Positions 39,929-49,715 of a DNA stretch of 64,000 nt are shown here, piece after piece. Made by a program: the position numbers and the translations under genes. The notes beneath the pieces are model-generated. The model ran no database searches, was not told where the DNA came from, and saw only the letters and a program-made list of their open reading frames with translations. Source of the DNA: an uncultured virus (IMG/VR IMGVR_UViG_3300028588_000812) (Duplodnaviria > Heunggongvirae > Uroviricota > Caudoviricetes); the IMG/VR virus record IMGVR_UViG_3300028588_000812; one strand, written 5' to 3'. Positions within the stretch are counted from its first letter, which is position 1. Each line of letters opens with the position of its first letter.

Positions 39929-40007
39929 ATAGGGTGTTACTTTTGCAATCTGTAACCTAAGCAATTTAGTTAATCTTTCAAACCAGGGATTGTTCAAAGG
40001 TTTTGCG

Positions 40008-40078
40008 AGGGGATGACGGGAATCGAACCCGCGTCATCTGATTGGAAGTCAGAAGCTTTACCATTAAGCTACATCCCC
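40008..40078 (-). tRNA. tRNA-Gly(TCC)
   Basis: Cloverleaf. Confidence 0.93.
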
Positions 40079-40201
40079 ATTTTCGGATGAATATTCTCCC
40101 GGCGCGCTTTCCGGTACCTTTTTCTGAGAAGACCTGCATAACCTCCGAATTGGATTATACATTTTAAGCCGTGTATCATTTCTGAAAATAGCTGGTCTGT
40201 G

Positions 40202-40275
40202 TGCGGATACTTGGACTTGAACCAAGGGCCTTCACATTATCAGTGTGACGCTCTAACCGGCTGAGCTATACCCGC
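40202..40275 (-). tRNA. tRNA-Ile(GAT)
   Basis: Cloverleaf. Confidence 0.95.
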
Positions 40276-40442
40276 ATGTTTTGTTGCTATAGTAATAGTA
40301 TAACATATTTTTTATTGCTATGCAACTATTATCGGCAGTTTTAAGTTTTAAGGTGAACCCACATACCCGTCAGAGCATAGTTACCCTTGCTACGTTTCCG
40401 TCCTGGGGGAGTTAGCCATGATAACGTCATGTGAGCCACCAG

Positions 40443-40515
40443 AGCCTCCTGCCGGACTCGAACCGGCCACCTTTTCATTACGAGTGAAACGCTCTACCTG
40501 ATGAGCTAAGAAGGC
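40443..40515 (-). tRNA. tRNA-Thr(CGT)
   Basis: Cloverleaf. Confidence 0.93.
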
Positions 40516-40737
40516 ATGTTGTTACACAACTAAGTGTAACACATTGTTACTAAAGTTGGTGCCTAGTTTTGAGAGAACCGGCAAACTCTGCGGCGGGCGC
40601 GCAACCCTATTCGTGTTCCCTTAGCACTTTACCTGCTCTGAGGACTCGAACCCCACATTCTCCATACTCATCTAATACCATTATGTAAAGTTTGTGATAT
40701 TAAACTAATGGGACTCGAACCCATTTACCTACACTTT

Positions 40738-40926
40738 TTAGTTACTAAATTCCCATTCTCCGCTAGGCCAGTCACGATGAACTAAACGAGGCGAAGACGA
40801 AGGCTCATCTGTATCCCATGCTTCTTTAGCAGCAAGAGCATCAGCTTTAACCCCGCAATTAATATAATTAACAGTGGTTCCACGAATAACGCGAACGCCC
40901 CAGTTAACATCTTCATTGCTTTTCAT
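40738..40926 (-). CDS. Hypothetical protein
   Basis: ORF. Confidence 0.6.
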   Translation of the reverse strand: MKSNEDVNWGVRVIRGTTVNYINCGVKADALAAKEAWDTDEPSSSPRLVHRDWPSGEWEFSN

Positions 40927-40949
40927 ATTATTAGTATAGCAAATAATGT

Positions 40950-42275
40950 TTAGTTTCGCAACTCTTGAAGCTCATAACTATGAGGAATATCAACAATTTG
41001 ATAACCGTGTTGACGAATTTGTTCACGAAGAAAATATGATTGCGCCCATTCTTTATTAGTACGAGCTTTCAAACGTTCTTGCGCTAACTGTTCAACTTCC
41101 TGAGGAACGACAACTGTTCTAATGGAAAACACTTTCATAAAACCATTAATCTTTTTTATGAAATCAATGAATGACTGATTTGGCTTTAAATTATTTGTAT
41201 TAGCTTGTTTAACTAAAGTCATAAGAGCAGCTAAAGCCATTGGGGTATTAAAGTCATTGTTTAGGGCTTCAAAGAAAACATTTTTAAGTTGTTCAACTTG
41301 TTCATTAGTAATTTCGTCACCTGACGTTTTGTTATAAAAATCGTTAATACGTGCAAGTTCTTTTTCTGCTTGCAATAGTGTCGTGTTATTGATTTCTATA
41401 TTAGAACGGTAATGATGTTTAATGAAATAGTATCTTAATATCTCAGGTTGTGTTGTGGAATGGAAATTTCTGATGCGTGTAAAGTTACCTAAGCTTTTGG
41501 ACATTTTAGTTCCGTTGACTTCCAACAAACCAGTATGCAACCACATTTGTGCTAAGGGATGTTTACCGGATAAGCTTTCCATTTGAATAATTTCAGCTTC
41601 ATGATGAGGGAAAATTAAATCACTTGCTCCACCATGAATTTGATATTGTTCCCCAAACACTTTTTCAGTAATAGCGGTATCTTCAATATGCCAACCTGGT
41701 CTACCGTTACCGAAATTAGCTTCCCAGTATGGTTCGTTAGGTTTGTTATATTTCCAGATAACAAAATCGCCTTCATTAATTTTATTGCTTGTATTAATGC
41801 GACTGTGTTCCTGGTTTTCGCTATGATAGAACCTAGGTTCAGATGGAGCTTTATTCAAATCAAAATATACACCATCATTTTTGATAATATATGCTTTACC
41901 CATATCAAGTAGCCTTTGGACTTGACTGACGATTTCTGGAATGAAATCACTAGCGTTAGCTATTTGGTCATATGCATTATTTTTAAGCCATGCCATATCC
42001 ACAAAAAATTCTTTACTGTATTGTTCAGCTACATCTTTATAATCAACATTTAATGTGTTAGCTTTATTGATAATTTTGTCATCAATATCAGTAATGTTGA
42101 TAAGATATTTGACTGTTGTGAGTTGTTTTAAATACTCTATGATGAAGTCAAATTGTGTGTATGTTTTGGCGTGACCCAGATGACTGTAATCATATACAGT
42201 TGGTCCGCAGACAAAGAAATTAATGTGTTGCTGTGTATTGAATGTCTCTAACTGTTTAGTTAGAGTGTTGAACAT
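40950..42275 (-). CDS. cysS: Cysteinyl-tRNA synthetase
   Basis: CGPTVYDYSHLGHA, NITDIDDKII, GRPGWHIED, DLIFPHHE, KMSKS. Confidence 0.95.
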   Translation of the reverse strand: MFNTLTKQLETFNTQQHINFFVCGPTVYDYSHLGHAKTYTQFDFIIEYLKQLTTVKYLINITDIDDKIINKANTLNVDYKDVAEQYSKEFFVDMAWLKNNAYDQIANASDFIPEIVSQVQRLLDMGKAYIIKNDGVYFDLNKAPSEPRFYHSENQEHSRINTSNKINEGDFVIWKYNKPNEPYWEANFGNGRPGWHIEDTAITEKVFGEQYQIHGGASDLIFPHHEAEIIQMESLSGKHPLAQMWLHTGLLEVNGTKMSKSLGNFTRIRNFHSTTQPEILRYYFIKHHYRSNIEINNTTLLQAEKELARINDFYNKTSGDEITNEQVEQLKNVFFEALNNDFNTPMALAALMTLVKQANTNNLKPNQSFIDFIKKINGFMKVFSIRTVVVPQEVEQLAQERLKARTNKEWAQSYFLREQIRQHGYQIVDIPHSYELQELRN

Positions 42276-42331
42276 TTTACTTCCATAATGGAAATCGTTT
42301 CCTTTCATATAAAATGTTATGCATTAATGCG

Positions 42332-42402
42332 AGCCTCTTACGGGAATCGAACCCGTGTTGTTCCCATACCAAGGGAATAGTTTACCATTAAAATAAAGAG
42401 GC
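42332..42402 (-). tRNA. tRNA-Thr(GGT)
   Basis: Cloverleaf with weak D arm. Confidence 0.8.
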
Positions 42403-42571
42403 AAGTGTTGGATAAAATTAATTAAAATCTTATCCAACATTTCTAAACATATTAAGGCCCGACAACTGTTTAGCGTTATCCATGAGTTTTATTAAGGTGA
42501 TCAATCCTTGTTTACACATGTTCTCATTTGAGCAATTCTTCATAGAAGAGTAAGCTTGAAAGGGTGGTCTT

Positions 42572-43060
42572 TTAAAATTTTGGTTTTGGTTCTACAATTT
42601 CTTTTGTAAAAATATCACGAACTGGATTATCTACATTTTTAGGTTCTACAATACCAAGAATAGAATTCTTTTCCTCTTCTGTGATACCTTTTCTCCAACC
42701 GCTTTCATCAAATAAGCTAGGGTCAGGTAAATCAAAATCACCTAAATAATATGATAATGCAATTCCGTGGTCTTCTCCAAGTTGTTGCATTTCTTGGTAA
42801 AGTTCCATAAAGCGTTTATCAGATGTTTCTTCTTCGCTAAGATATTGTTCACTATTTATGGTAACTTCTGAATGGTACCATTTCCCAGTGTAGTTTCTCG
42901 CTGTTGTTACAATTACTTCCATATCATTTGCTGTTGGGTAATCGTAACGGATGATATCCGTGTCTTCTGAAATTAAATGCTGCTCTTCAATTAGCGCATC
43001 AATTTCTTCATCAGTGCATTCATGTTCAGGTGAACATTTTTTCTCATATCTTGTCTTCAT
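42572..43060 (-). CDS. Hypothetical protein (start trimmed to MKTRYE)
   Basis: AAGGA SD. Confidence 0.7.
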   Translation of the reverse strand: MKTRYEKKCSPEHECTDEEIDALIEEQHLISEDTDIIRYDYPTANDMEVIVTTARNYTGKWYHSEVTINSEQYLSEEETSDKRFMELYQEMQQLGEDHGIALSYYLGDFDLPDPSLFDESGWRKGITEEEKNSILGIVEPKNVDNPVRDIFTKEIVEPKPKF

Positions 43061-43081
43061 AATATTATCCTTATCATGTAG

Positions 43082-43170
43082 CGGAAGCGAAGGGATTTGA
43101 ACCCCCGGTGGTTTTAACGCCACTTTCGTTTTCGAGACGAACGCCTTAAGCCGAACTCAGCCACGCTTCC
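43082..43170 (-). tRNA. tRNA-Ser(CGA)
   Basis: Cloverleaf, long V arm. Confidence 0.93.
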
Positions 43171-43175
43171 TTTTT

Positions 43176-43376
43176 TCAAACAAATTTGGAGAAGCACTCA
43201 TAGTCACTTTCATGCCAACCAAGCTCTTCAAGCTTTTTCTTATCAGCTTCTGAAACATCCTCTGGGGATGGTCCAGCAAAGATTTCATCATGCTCAGCAG
43301 CAAAGCTACCTGCATTATTATCTTTATATTTTTTGAAAATAGTTAAACCTTCAATGATTTGGTCATAAGTGCTCAT
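43176..43376 (-). CDS. Small hypothetical protein (AEHDEI motif)
   Basis: AAGGA SD. Confidence 0.75.
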   Translation of the reverse strand: MSTYDQIIEGLTIFKKYKDNNAGSFAAEHDEIFAGPSPEDVSEADKKKLEELGWHESDYECFSKFV

Positions 43377-43443
43377 AATATATCCTTAATAAGTTGTATA
43401 ACTATTATACCTCATATCAAACAAAACATCAACAACTTATTTA

Positions 43444-43538
43444 TGGCGGAAGCGGCAGGATTTGAACCCGCGCCAGCAGTTACCTGCTGCTAACACATTT
43501 CCAATGTGTCCCCTTAAACCAGACTTGGGTACGCTTCC
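43444..43538 (-). tRNA. tRNA-Ser(GGA)
   Basis: Cloverleaf, CCA encoded. Confidence 0.93.
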
Positions 43539-43573
43539 AAAATGCAAAACTAGTTTGCATCAATTTTTGTTGT

Positions 43574-43912
43574 TTAGGTAGCAACAACAGTAAAACTTGG
43601 GTTCTCCCAAATTTCTTCAAACTCTTCTACATCAACATCACCAGTTGGCGTGATAATTGATAGCGCAGGGTCACTGTCGCGGTCAGGACGTTCAGTTACT
43701 TCAATATCCCAACCGAATGGGTTTTCTGCACGTAGTTTCCATTCAACACCATCTTGACCGTAGCTAACATGCAAACGTAGGTATTCCCCGTTAGCATCAG
43801 TTACCTGACCAAACCATTCAGCGCCAGAAGTGTTGTATTCTTCATAGAAAACGCCGTCAAATTCTACAAGGTCATCAGAAGCGCCATAAACAATTAATTC
43901 ATTATCAGTCAT
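43574..43912 (-). CDS. Hypothetical protein (YGASDDLVEF motif)
   Basis: ORF; start at MTDNE. Confidence 0.75.
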   Translation of the reverse strand: MTDNELIVYGASDDLVEFDGVFYEEYNTSGAEWFGQVTDANGEYLRLHVSYGQDGVEWKLRAENPFGWDIEVTERPDRDSDPALSIITPTGDVDVEEFEEIWENPSFTVVAT

Positions 43913-43991
43913 ATAATCAGTATACCATAATCGTAACTGCAAACCTAACAAAATAGTGCTTTATGGCTTTATATTATGCTAAACTAAATAT

Positions 43992-44480
43992 ATGACTTAT
44001 AAAAATTTCCTTGCTTTACCGGAAGCAACACAAGCTGCATTATTAGCTGGTTATAATTTGCCTGAACTTGAATTCCGTGAAAAGCATAGTTTGTTTATGA
44101 ACAACAATTATAAGCTTGATGTAGTTGAAAGTATTTTTGGGCCACTTGTTGCTCAAGATATTGATGCTTTAGTTCATGGTTTTGAATTGTGTGCACAAAT
44201 GAACTTTGTTTTCAGTGCTGACCATATGAGCGAATTGAAAAACGATATCGAAAACTACAATTTGGTATCTACTTACCTAAACAAGCAATACGGCGACATT
44301 GTTGTTCCTGATGGTGGAGAAAAAGCTATTGGTATTGTCGGCCACCGAAAAATTCCTTTTGCTATCATGACTTCAACAACATATAACAAAGTTACAGGGG
44401 AACGTGAAGTTGCTACGCACAATCTCAAAGAAGAGCTAGAACAGGAAGATGCTGCTATTCGTGCAGCAGGGTTATTGTAA
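43992..44480 (+). CDS. Hypothetical protein
   Basis: ORF. Confidence 0.75.
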   Translation: MTYKNFLALPEATQAALLAGYNLPELEFREKHSLFMNNNYKLDVVESIFGPLVAQDIDALVHGFELCAQMNFVFSADHMSELKNDIENYNLVSTYLNKQYGDIVVPDGGEKAIGIVGHRKIPFAIMTSTTYNKVTGEREVATHNLKEELEQEDAAIRAAGLL

Positions 44481-44482
44481 AG

Positions 44483-44557
44483 TACCGTTGGTGGGAGTCG
44501 AACCCACACATAAACTAGGTTTGAGCTAGCCCCCTCTACCAATTGGGGTACAACGGC
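44483..44557 (-). tRNA. tRNA-Leu(CAA), short V arm
   Basis: Loop CT-CAA-AC. Confidence 0.8.
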
Positions 44558-44794
44558 ATAAGTTAAGGGTGACCTCAGTAGGTGTAAAAATCTACCAGGG
44601 GTCACCCTTAATTTGGATTTAAGAACTAACAACTTTTCTCATACCAATAATCTTCTCGTAGATTACGCGAACGTCAACTGTTTCACGACCGTTGAACCAC
44701 TAGGGGCTTCTGTACCTCGCCGTTTATGGCCTTCTCCATAAAAGTATCCTATGTTTCAAACATCATAGGCACTGTATTCCGAGTTATTGGAATG

Positions 44795-44868
44795 TGCTCC
44801 CGGTGGGACTCGAACCCACACTATACTAGTTTTAAGCCAGCCTTCTCTACCGATTGGAATACAAGAGC
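44795..44868 (-). tRNA. tRNA-Leu(TAA), short V arm
   Basis: Loop CT-TAA-AA. Confidence 0.8.
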
Positions 44869-45249
44869 AAAAGTGGAGACAGTGTTTTCTGTGATATCTC
44901 CACATATACTGCAACTTATTGCTTTAAGTTCAGAAAAGCAGCGAATGGGCTATAACGTGGCCTATACCATTCAACAATGAGGAAAGCAATCCTCACCACG
45001 ATTTTTAGTTACCCGTAAAGGGTTATCACAAGTGAAGTTCTAAGAACCATGTTAGTGACCCGCATTACTTGCTGTGTACATCAGCAAACAATACTTAAAG
45101 AAGACAACTCCGAAGGCGCGGCCTGTATTATCGTCATATTTCCCGAAGGAAATGCCCAGTGGCTCGCTACTTGCCTCCCATCCACTAACGCTCAGGTGGG
45201 AGGCTTACACACGATACAACAATACTTTCTGTATTTGTTCATTCTTTCG

Positions 45250-45322
45250 CTGGGGTAACTGGACTCGAACCAGTAACCTTAAAGTTAACAGCTTTCTGCT
45301 CTGCCAATTGAGCTATACCCCA
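45250..45322 (-). tRNA. tRNA-Asn(GTT)
   Basis: Cloverleaf. Confidence 0.93.
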
Positions 45323-45753
45323 ATGAAGATTGATTATCGCACCAATCATACGTCCGGTTCTACGGAAAGCCAAACAGTTGCACACAACTTCTCTCAACAT
45401 TTGACTTATGAACGCCTCTAATCGCAACTCTACGTTCTCAACAAAGCTAACCCTTACGATGCGATTTCTCTACGGACCTTGCGGTGTATAAGGACGCCTC
45501 ACTTCGTTGCACAAATTGAACTGTCACTGACCGCGTGCCTAGGGTTGCGACCCCTAACTCACCTCCGTTGTCAAGCAACGGCCTCCGGTATAGAACATGC
45601 TTAATACATGTTCCTGACGCAACTAAATAAATTAGTTACCCAAACGACGCATATAGTTACTCACCTGGCTTTGCCGTTCTTTCCAGTTCAAAACTTACTC
45701 TATTGAATTATTAAGAATGGTCCACATAATCTACTATGCGGACCATTCCTTCG

Positions 45754-45829
45754 GGTGACTGACGGGATTCGAACCCGCGGCTGTACTCCTTCACAGGGAG
45801 TTGCGATGGGCCACTCTGCCACAGCCACC
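45754..45829 (-). tRNA. tRNA-His(GTG)
   Basis: G-1:C73. Confidence 0.9.
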
Positions 45830-45951
45830 ATGAGTTATCTATGTTTACTTTTCAGTAAAATTTAATAACTTGTTTCTTGCTTTGTTACATTAAGTATAAC
45901 ATACTTTTTATAATAAAGCAAATACTTGTGGAAGAATTTTTTGGTGGGACG

Positions 45952-46149
45952 TTAAATATCCCACCATCCTTGCCACCAGCATGTTGTACATTCCCAATGT
46001 TCTGTCATGTTGTTTCGGATTTCTTCTGCAAAAGCATCAGTTGTCCACATAACACCTAAAGGTTTTGTACCATGTTTGGCTTCCTGAGATTTGAATTCTT
46101 GGTTGCCTATGATGTTTCCTTTATAACCACAATAATAACATGTTTCCAT
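45952..46149 (-). CDS. Small CxxC-CxxC protein
   Basis: CYYC...CTTC; AAGGA SD. Confidence 0.7.
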   Translation of the reverse strand: METCYYCGYKGNIIGNQEFKSQEAKHGTKPLGVMWTTDAFAEEIRNNMTEHWECTTCWWQGWWDI

Positions 46150-46214
46150 AATATTGTCCTTTCATTGTTTTACTTAACTTTAAAAGGTTAATATCTTATT
46201 TTGTTACTTGTGTG

Positions 46215-46287
46215 TGGGTCCACAGGGAATCGAACCCTGATTTTCTGGGTAAGAGCCAGGAGTAATCAGCCGTTATACGATAGACCC
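46215..46287 (-). tRNA. tRNA-Lys(CTT)
   Basis: Cloverleaf. Confidence 0.88.
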
Positions 46288-46303
46288 GAAATACTTGTAC
46301 CAT

Positions 46304-46462
46304 TATCCGCAACAGGAGTCGAACCTGCAAACCATAACTTAGCTGGCAATGAGTTTCCTCATTGTAACCTTATGATAGTGGAGTTTGGGCATATGTTTTA
46401 ACGCATCCGTTAAACACTTAGCACCTAGTCCACCGCGTGTATGCCAGTTCCGCCATACAGAA
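46304..46462 (-). ncRNA. Expanded tRNA-like RNA (extended anticodon and V arms)
   Basis: Acceptor pairing, Leu-type D arm and GGTTCGACTCC T arm flanking about 100 nt of hairpins. Confidence 0.6.
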
Positions 46463-46530
46463 CAGGTACAAGCTGAAAGGAACAAGGAATGTCTTCCCCT
46501 ATTTACTTTCAAGTTTATTTAGTTTTCAAG

Positions 46531-46615
46531 CTCTCCGGGTAGGAATCGAACCTACGTTCCAGTTAAGGTTACTAAGTTCAGAGCCTAGCTGCCCATGCCA
46601 ACAGAGCACCGAAGA
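46531..46615 (-). tRNA. tRNA-Gln(CTG), long V region
   Basis: Loop CT-CTG-AA, U1-A72. Confidence 0.75.
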
Positions 46616-46631
46616 ATATTTAGTTGTTGCG

Positions 46632-46703
46632 TGGTCCCCCCGAGGATCGAACTCGGCTCGGCTTCCGTGTAAAGGATGCGTGCTTAAACCCAGAGCGGGG
46701 ACC
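46632..46703 (-). tRNA. tRNA-Val(TAC), atypical D arm
   Basis: Loop TT-TAC-AC. Confidence 0.7.
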
Positions 46704-46850
46704 ATTATGCTTACCACGGTGAAGCCTGTAAGCTCTGAACAAGGTGTTCTACAAGTTGAGGTACCATCCTCAGCGCTTAATAGAACTATGTAAATCCTTG
46801 TTCAGTTGTATTGAAATCTCCTGCCTGGTAGCATTCAACAATTTCAACCG

Positions 46851-46923
46851 TACCCCGTACCGGACTCGAACCGGTGTTCTCTTGGGTGAAAACCAAGCGT
46901 CCTAACCGCTAGACCAACGGGGC
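46851..46923 (-). tRNA. tRNA-Glu(TTC)
   Basis: Cloverleaf. Confidence 0.95.
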
Positions 46924-46954
46924 ATATTATTTCACTATTTTATTATATGTTGCG

Positions 46955-47029
46955 TACCTCGTACCGGATTTGAACCGGTGTTCTCCTGAGTGAAAGTCAG
47001 GCGTCCTAACCAGACTAGACCAACGAGGC
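46955..47029 (-). tRNA. tRNA-Glu(TTC)
   Basis: Cloverleaf. Confidence 0.95.
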
Positions 47030-47098
47030 TCACTATTCTAAACTTTTACATTTAGAATAGGAATTGGCCGCAAGCACATTCTAGAAAACTTGCTACCG

Positions 47099-47172
47099 CG
47101 ACCCGTACCGGACTTGAACCGGCGACCTCTACCTTGACAGGGTAGCGCTCTAACCAACTGAGCTAACGGGCC
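47099..47172 (-). tRNA. tRNA-Asp(GTC)
   Basis: Cloverleaf. Confidence 0.95.
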
Positions 47173-47318
47173 AAAACTCCCTCGTCGTCACCCAAGACTT
47201 GCGCACCGCCACCACAGCGACCGCCTCAGTCTGGAACTCATATCCCGAGATACTAACTTGAACTCACCGCCCCCGTGAAAGATGGTTAATCTCGCACAAG
47301 GGGCAGCTATCCAAGCAG

Positions 47319-47395
47319 TGGTGCGGATACTTGGACTTGAACCAAGGACCTTCACATTATCAGTGTGACGCTCTAACCAACTGAGCTATACCCGC
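47319..47395 (-). tRNA. tRNA-Ile(GAT)
   Basis: Cloverleaf, CCA encoded. Confidence 0.95.
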
Positions 47396-47663
47396 ATATT
47401 TGTTTTTCTTTATGTTTTAAGTGTATCACACTCTTTTTCTAAAGTCAAACTTATTTTTCTTTAATTGTTAAAATACGATTTTTATTTTAAGTGGTAAGGG
47501 TTGCTAGATTTCTACTAACTACTTTGCATAACTTTACACAATGTGATGTCTTATCATAGCTTTGCAAACAAAACTGTTTACAAGTTCGCTGTGATTCCAA
47601 CCTATTTTTTGTTAACTTATCGCGTTCAGTTAACAAAAAGTTTAGTTTTTCACTAAACCCTTG

Positions 47664-47715
47664 TACAAGTATGAGGATTCGAACCTCTATCGCTTACCAA
47701 CTAAACTATACTTGT
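47664..47715 (-). ncRNA. Anticodon-armless mini-tRNA
   Basis: ACAAGTA/TACTTGT acceptor, D arm and T arm with no anticodon arm. Confidence 0.65.
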
Positions 47716-47720
47716 TTTTG

Positions 47721-47794
47721 TAGGCCCCCAGGGACTCGAACCCTGCACCCACGGATTAAAAGTCCGTTGCTCTAACCAGATGAGCTAGAAGCCC
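47721..47794 (-). tRNA. tRNA-Lys(TTT)
   Basis: Cloverleaf. Confidence 0.95.
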
Positions 47795-47866
47795 TCACAT
47801 TATTTCTTTTGTTCTTAACTGCTTATATAACTATAATATCATACAATTTTTCTTTACGCAACTCAA

Positions 47867-47892
47867 TATCGGCATTTTTTGGAAAAACTTTA
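47867..47892 (-). promoter_or_regulatory. Sigma28/WhiG-like promoter
   Basis: TAAAGTTT-N11-GCCGATA. Confidence 0.55.
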
Positions 47893-47936
47893 ATTTTTCT
47901 TTTCTTTCCAAATGTTAGATATTATATGGAGACATT

Positions 47937-48812
47937 ATGACCAAATTTTCAAGAATACCTGTAGGTAACGGAAGCTATTGCTATTCCGGCCCTAACTGTA
48001 GTTTACATGGAGCTAAACCAACTGTCAACTTAGATGAAACCAAAGACCAAACTGCTTTGCGCCACATTCAAGATAGCATTCGTGACAACATTGAAGACGC
48101 ACAAAAAACAGAACAGAAATTTCTATGCAAATCTGACCAAAATGCAGAAGATATGCAAGAAATATATCAAGGTTTAGTACATTCAAGACGTTCCGCTCGT
48201 TGGTGCCCTGAACACAAAACTAATCATATTTATACAATTAGAACTTTTGCTCACCAAATGAAGTCAACAAACTCTAAAAACTTGAATATTCTCGTTCTTA
48301 ACACTTTAAAATCATTAAATGTTGATCTAAAAGGTATGTCTGTCATGCTTGAATACGCTCGCAATTACGAACAAACTTTACGTACCCAAAGTATGAAACA
48401 TGACCAAGAAAATCTACGTTCTATTGACCCTGAGTTTTATGACAAAGTTACTGGTTATCATAATCTCATGAAACAAACCATGAAAAATGGCGAAGTTTTT
48501 AGAAGCGATAAAGATAAATACGATAAACCACTTATGTTAAGCCAAGAAAAAATTTCTGATGAACAGATGCTTCATTATTGGCAATGTGGTAGAAAAGTAA
48601 AACATCCAACTTTTGAAAAAGCTGAAACACACCAAATTATGGTAAATGACACTGGAATGGGAGCATATAAATGTTCTCATTGTGGTAATTATCATAATGG
48701 TCACGGGGATGGTCAAACTAAACGTGAAGTTCAGATTGAAAAAGCACGTGAACATTGGACAGAAAATCCTGAGAAAGCTAATTCATATATAGAAACAATG
48801 AAATTAGCGTAG
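47937..48812 (+). CDS. Hypothetical protein with C-terminal Zn-ribbon-like motif
   Basis: CGRKVKH...YKCSHCGNYHNGH; GGAG SD. Confidence 0.78.
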   Translation: MTKFSRIPVGNGSYCYSGPNCSLHGAKPTVNLDETKDQTALRHIQDSIRDNIEDAQKTEQKFLCKSDQNAEDMQEIYQGLVHSRRSARWCPEHKTNHIYTIRTFAHQMKSTNSKNLNILVLNTLKSLNVDLKGMSVMLEYARNYEQTLRTQSMKHDQENLRSIDPEFYDKVTGYHNLMKQTMKNGEVFRSDKDKYDKPLMLSQEKISDEQMLHYWQCGRKVKHPTFEKAETHQIMVNDTGMGAYKCSHCGNYHNGHGDGQTKREVQIEKAREHWTENPEKANSYIETMKLA

Positions 48813-48828
48813 TTTAGAATACTGTCTG

Positions 48829-48901
48829 AGCCTTCTAAGGGAATCGAACCCTTATTTTCACTTTACAAGAGTGGTGTTCTGAACCGTTGAACTAAGAAGG
48901 C
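48829..48901 (-). tRNA. tRNA-Thr(TGT)
   Basis: Cloverleaf. Confidence 0.9.
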
Positions 48902-48944
48902 AAAAATATGGCTTACATTGATTACAATGTAAGCCATATTTTAT

Positions 48945-49643
48945 TTAACCTTGGTAAGGGTTACGATTTGGGTCGTTTTGCCCTGTATAAGGATTAGGTT
49001 GTTGTGGAGCGCCATAAGGATACTGTTGACCAAATTGTTCTGGTCTTGGTGGTAATGGATTAGCTCCATAAGGCCCTGGTTGCTGCTGTGGGGCTGCAAA
49101 AGGTTGCTGTGGAGCCTGGTAAGGATTGGGCTGTTCAGGCTGCGCATAGCCCTGCTGAGGCTGGTATGGAGCCTGGTAAGGATTAGGCTGCTGAGGCTGT
49201 GAGTAGCCAGCATAACCACTTTGCTGTTGACCTTGGTTGTAAGGGTTTTGTTGACCACCATTTCCACCATTGAAAGGTGGCTGGTTATTATAACCCTCCG
49301 CTGGAAGACCCCATTGGTTTGGTCCAACGCTTTCTTTAACGAACCATACAATGAAGAGAATAAGCCCTACAATTGGAATGAAGAACCATAATACGTTCCA
49401 TCCATTTTTACCAATATCATGGAAACGTCTTACAAGAATTGATAAGCTAGGCAAGAAAATCACTAATGACCATAAGCCGTTGATAAGAACGCTATCATCG
49501 CCAATCAAACCATCAAGTAGGCTTGTAAGAATATTACCTATAATTAGGAATACGTAAGCCCACCAGAATTCAGCGCGACCGGCTCTACCCGAGAAGTTGA
49601 CATAATTTGTGAAGAAAGCTTTAACAGCTTCTGAAAAATTCAT
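48945..49643 (-). CDS. DUF805 (YhaH-like) membrane protein with Gln/Pro-rich tail
   Basis: NFSGRAGRAEFWW, VRRFHDIGKNGW, GPNQWG. Confidence 0.9.
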   Translation of the reverse strand: MNFSEAVKAFFTNYVNFSGRAGRAEFWWAYVFLIIGNILTSLLDGLIGDDSVLINGLWSLVIFLPSLSILVRRFHDIGKNGWNVLWFFIPIVGLILFIVWFVKESVGPNQWGLPAEGYNNQPPFNGGNGGQQNPYNQGQQQSGYAGYSQPQQPNPYQAPYQPQQGYAQPEQPNPYQAPQQPFAAPQQQPGPYGANPLPPRPEQFGQQYPYGAPQQPNPYTGQNDPNRNPYQG

Positions 49644-49715
49644 TATATTATCTTTCTGACACACCCAAATAGTGTCTAGTTAATAATTAGTATCGGTTAA
49701 AAGATGAATAATTAT

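Noticed and set aside
46304..46462. Group I intron-containing tRNA-Leu
   Set aside because: The insert is far too short and shows no recognisable P7 core.
44273..46793. Short ORF-track entries overlapping tRNAs (44273, 44726, 45049, 45074, 45239, 46201, 46437, 46526)
   Set aside because: They overlap tRNA or ncRNA sequence and lack SD sites or protein-like composition. The same applies to 3501, 12642, 12670, 23796, 24144, 57251, 58881-59595, 60043 and 61133.
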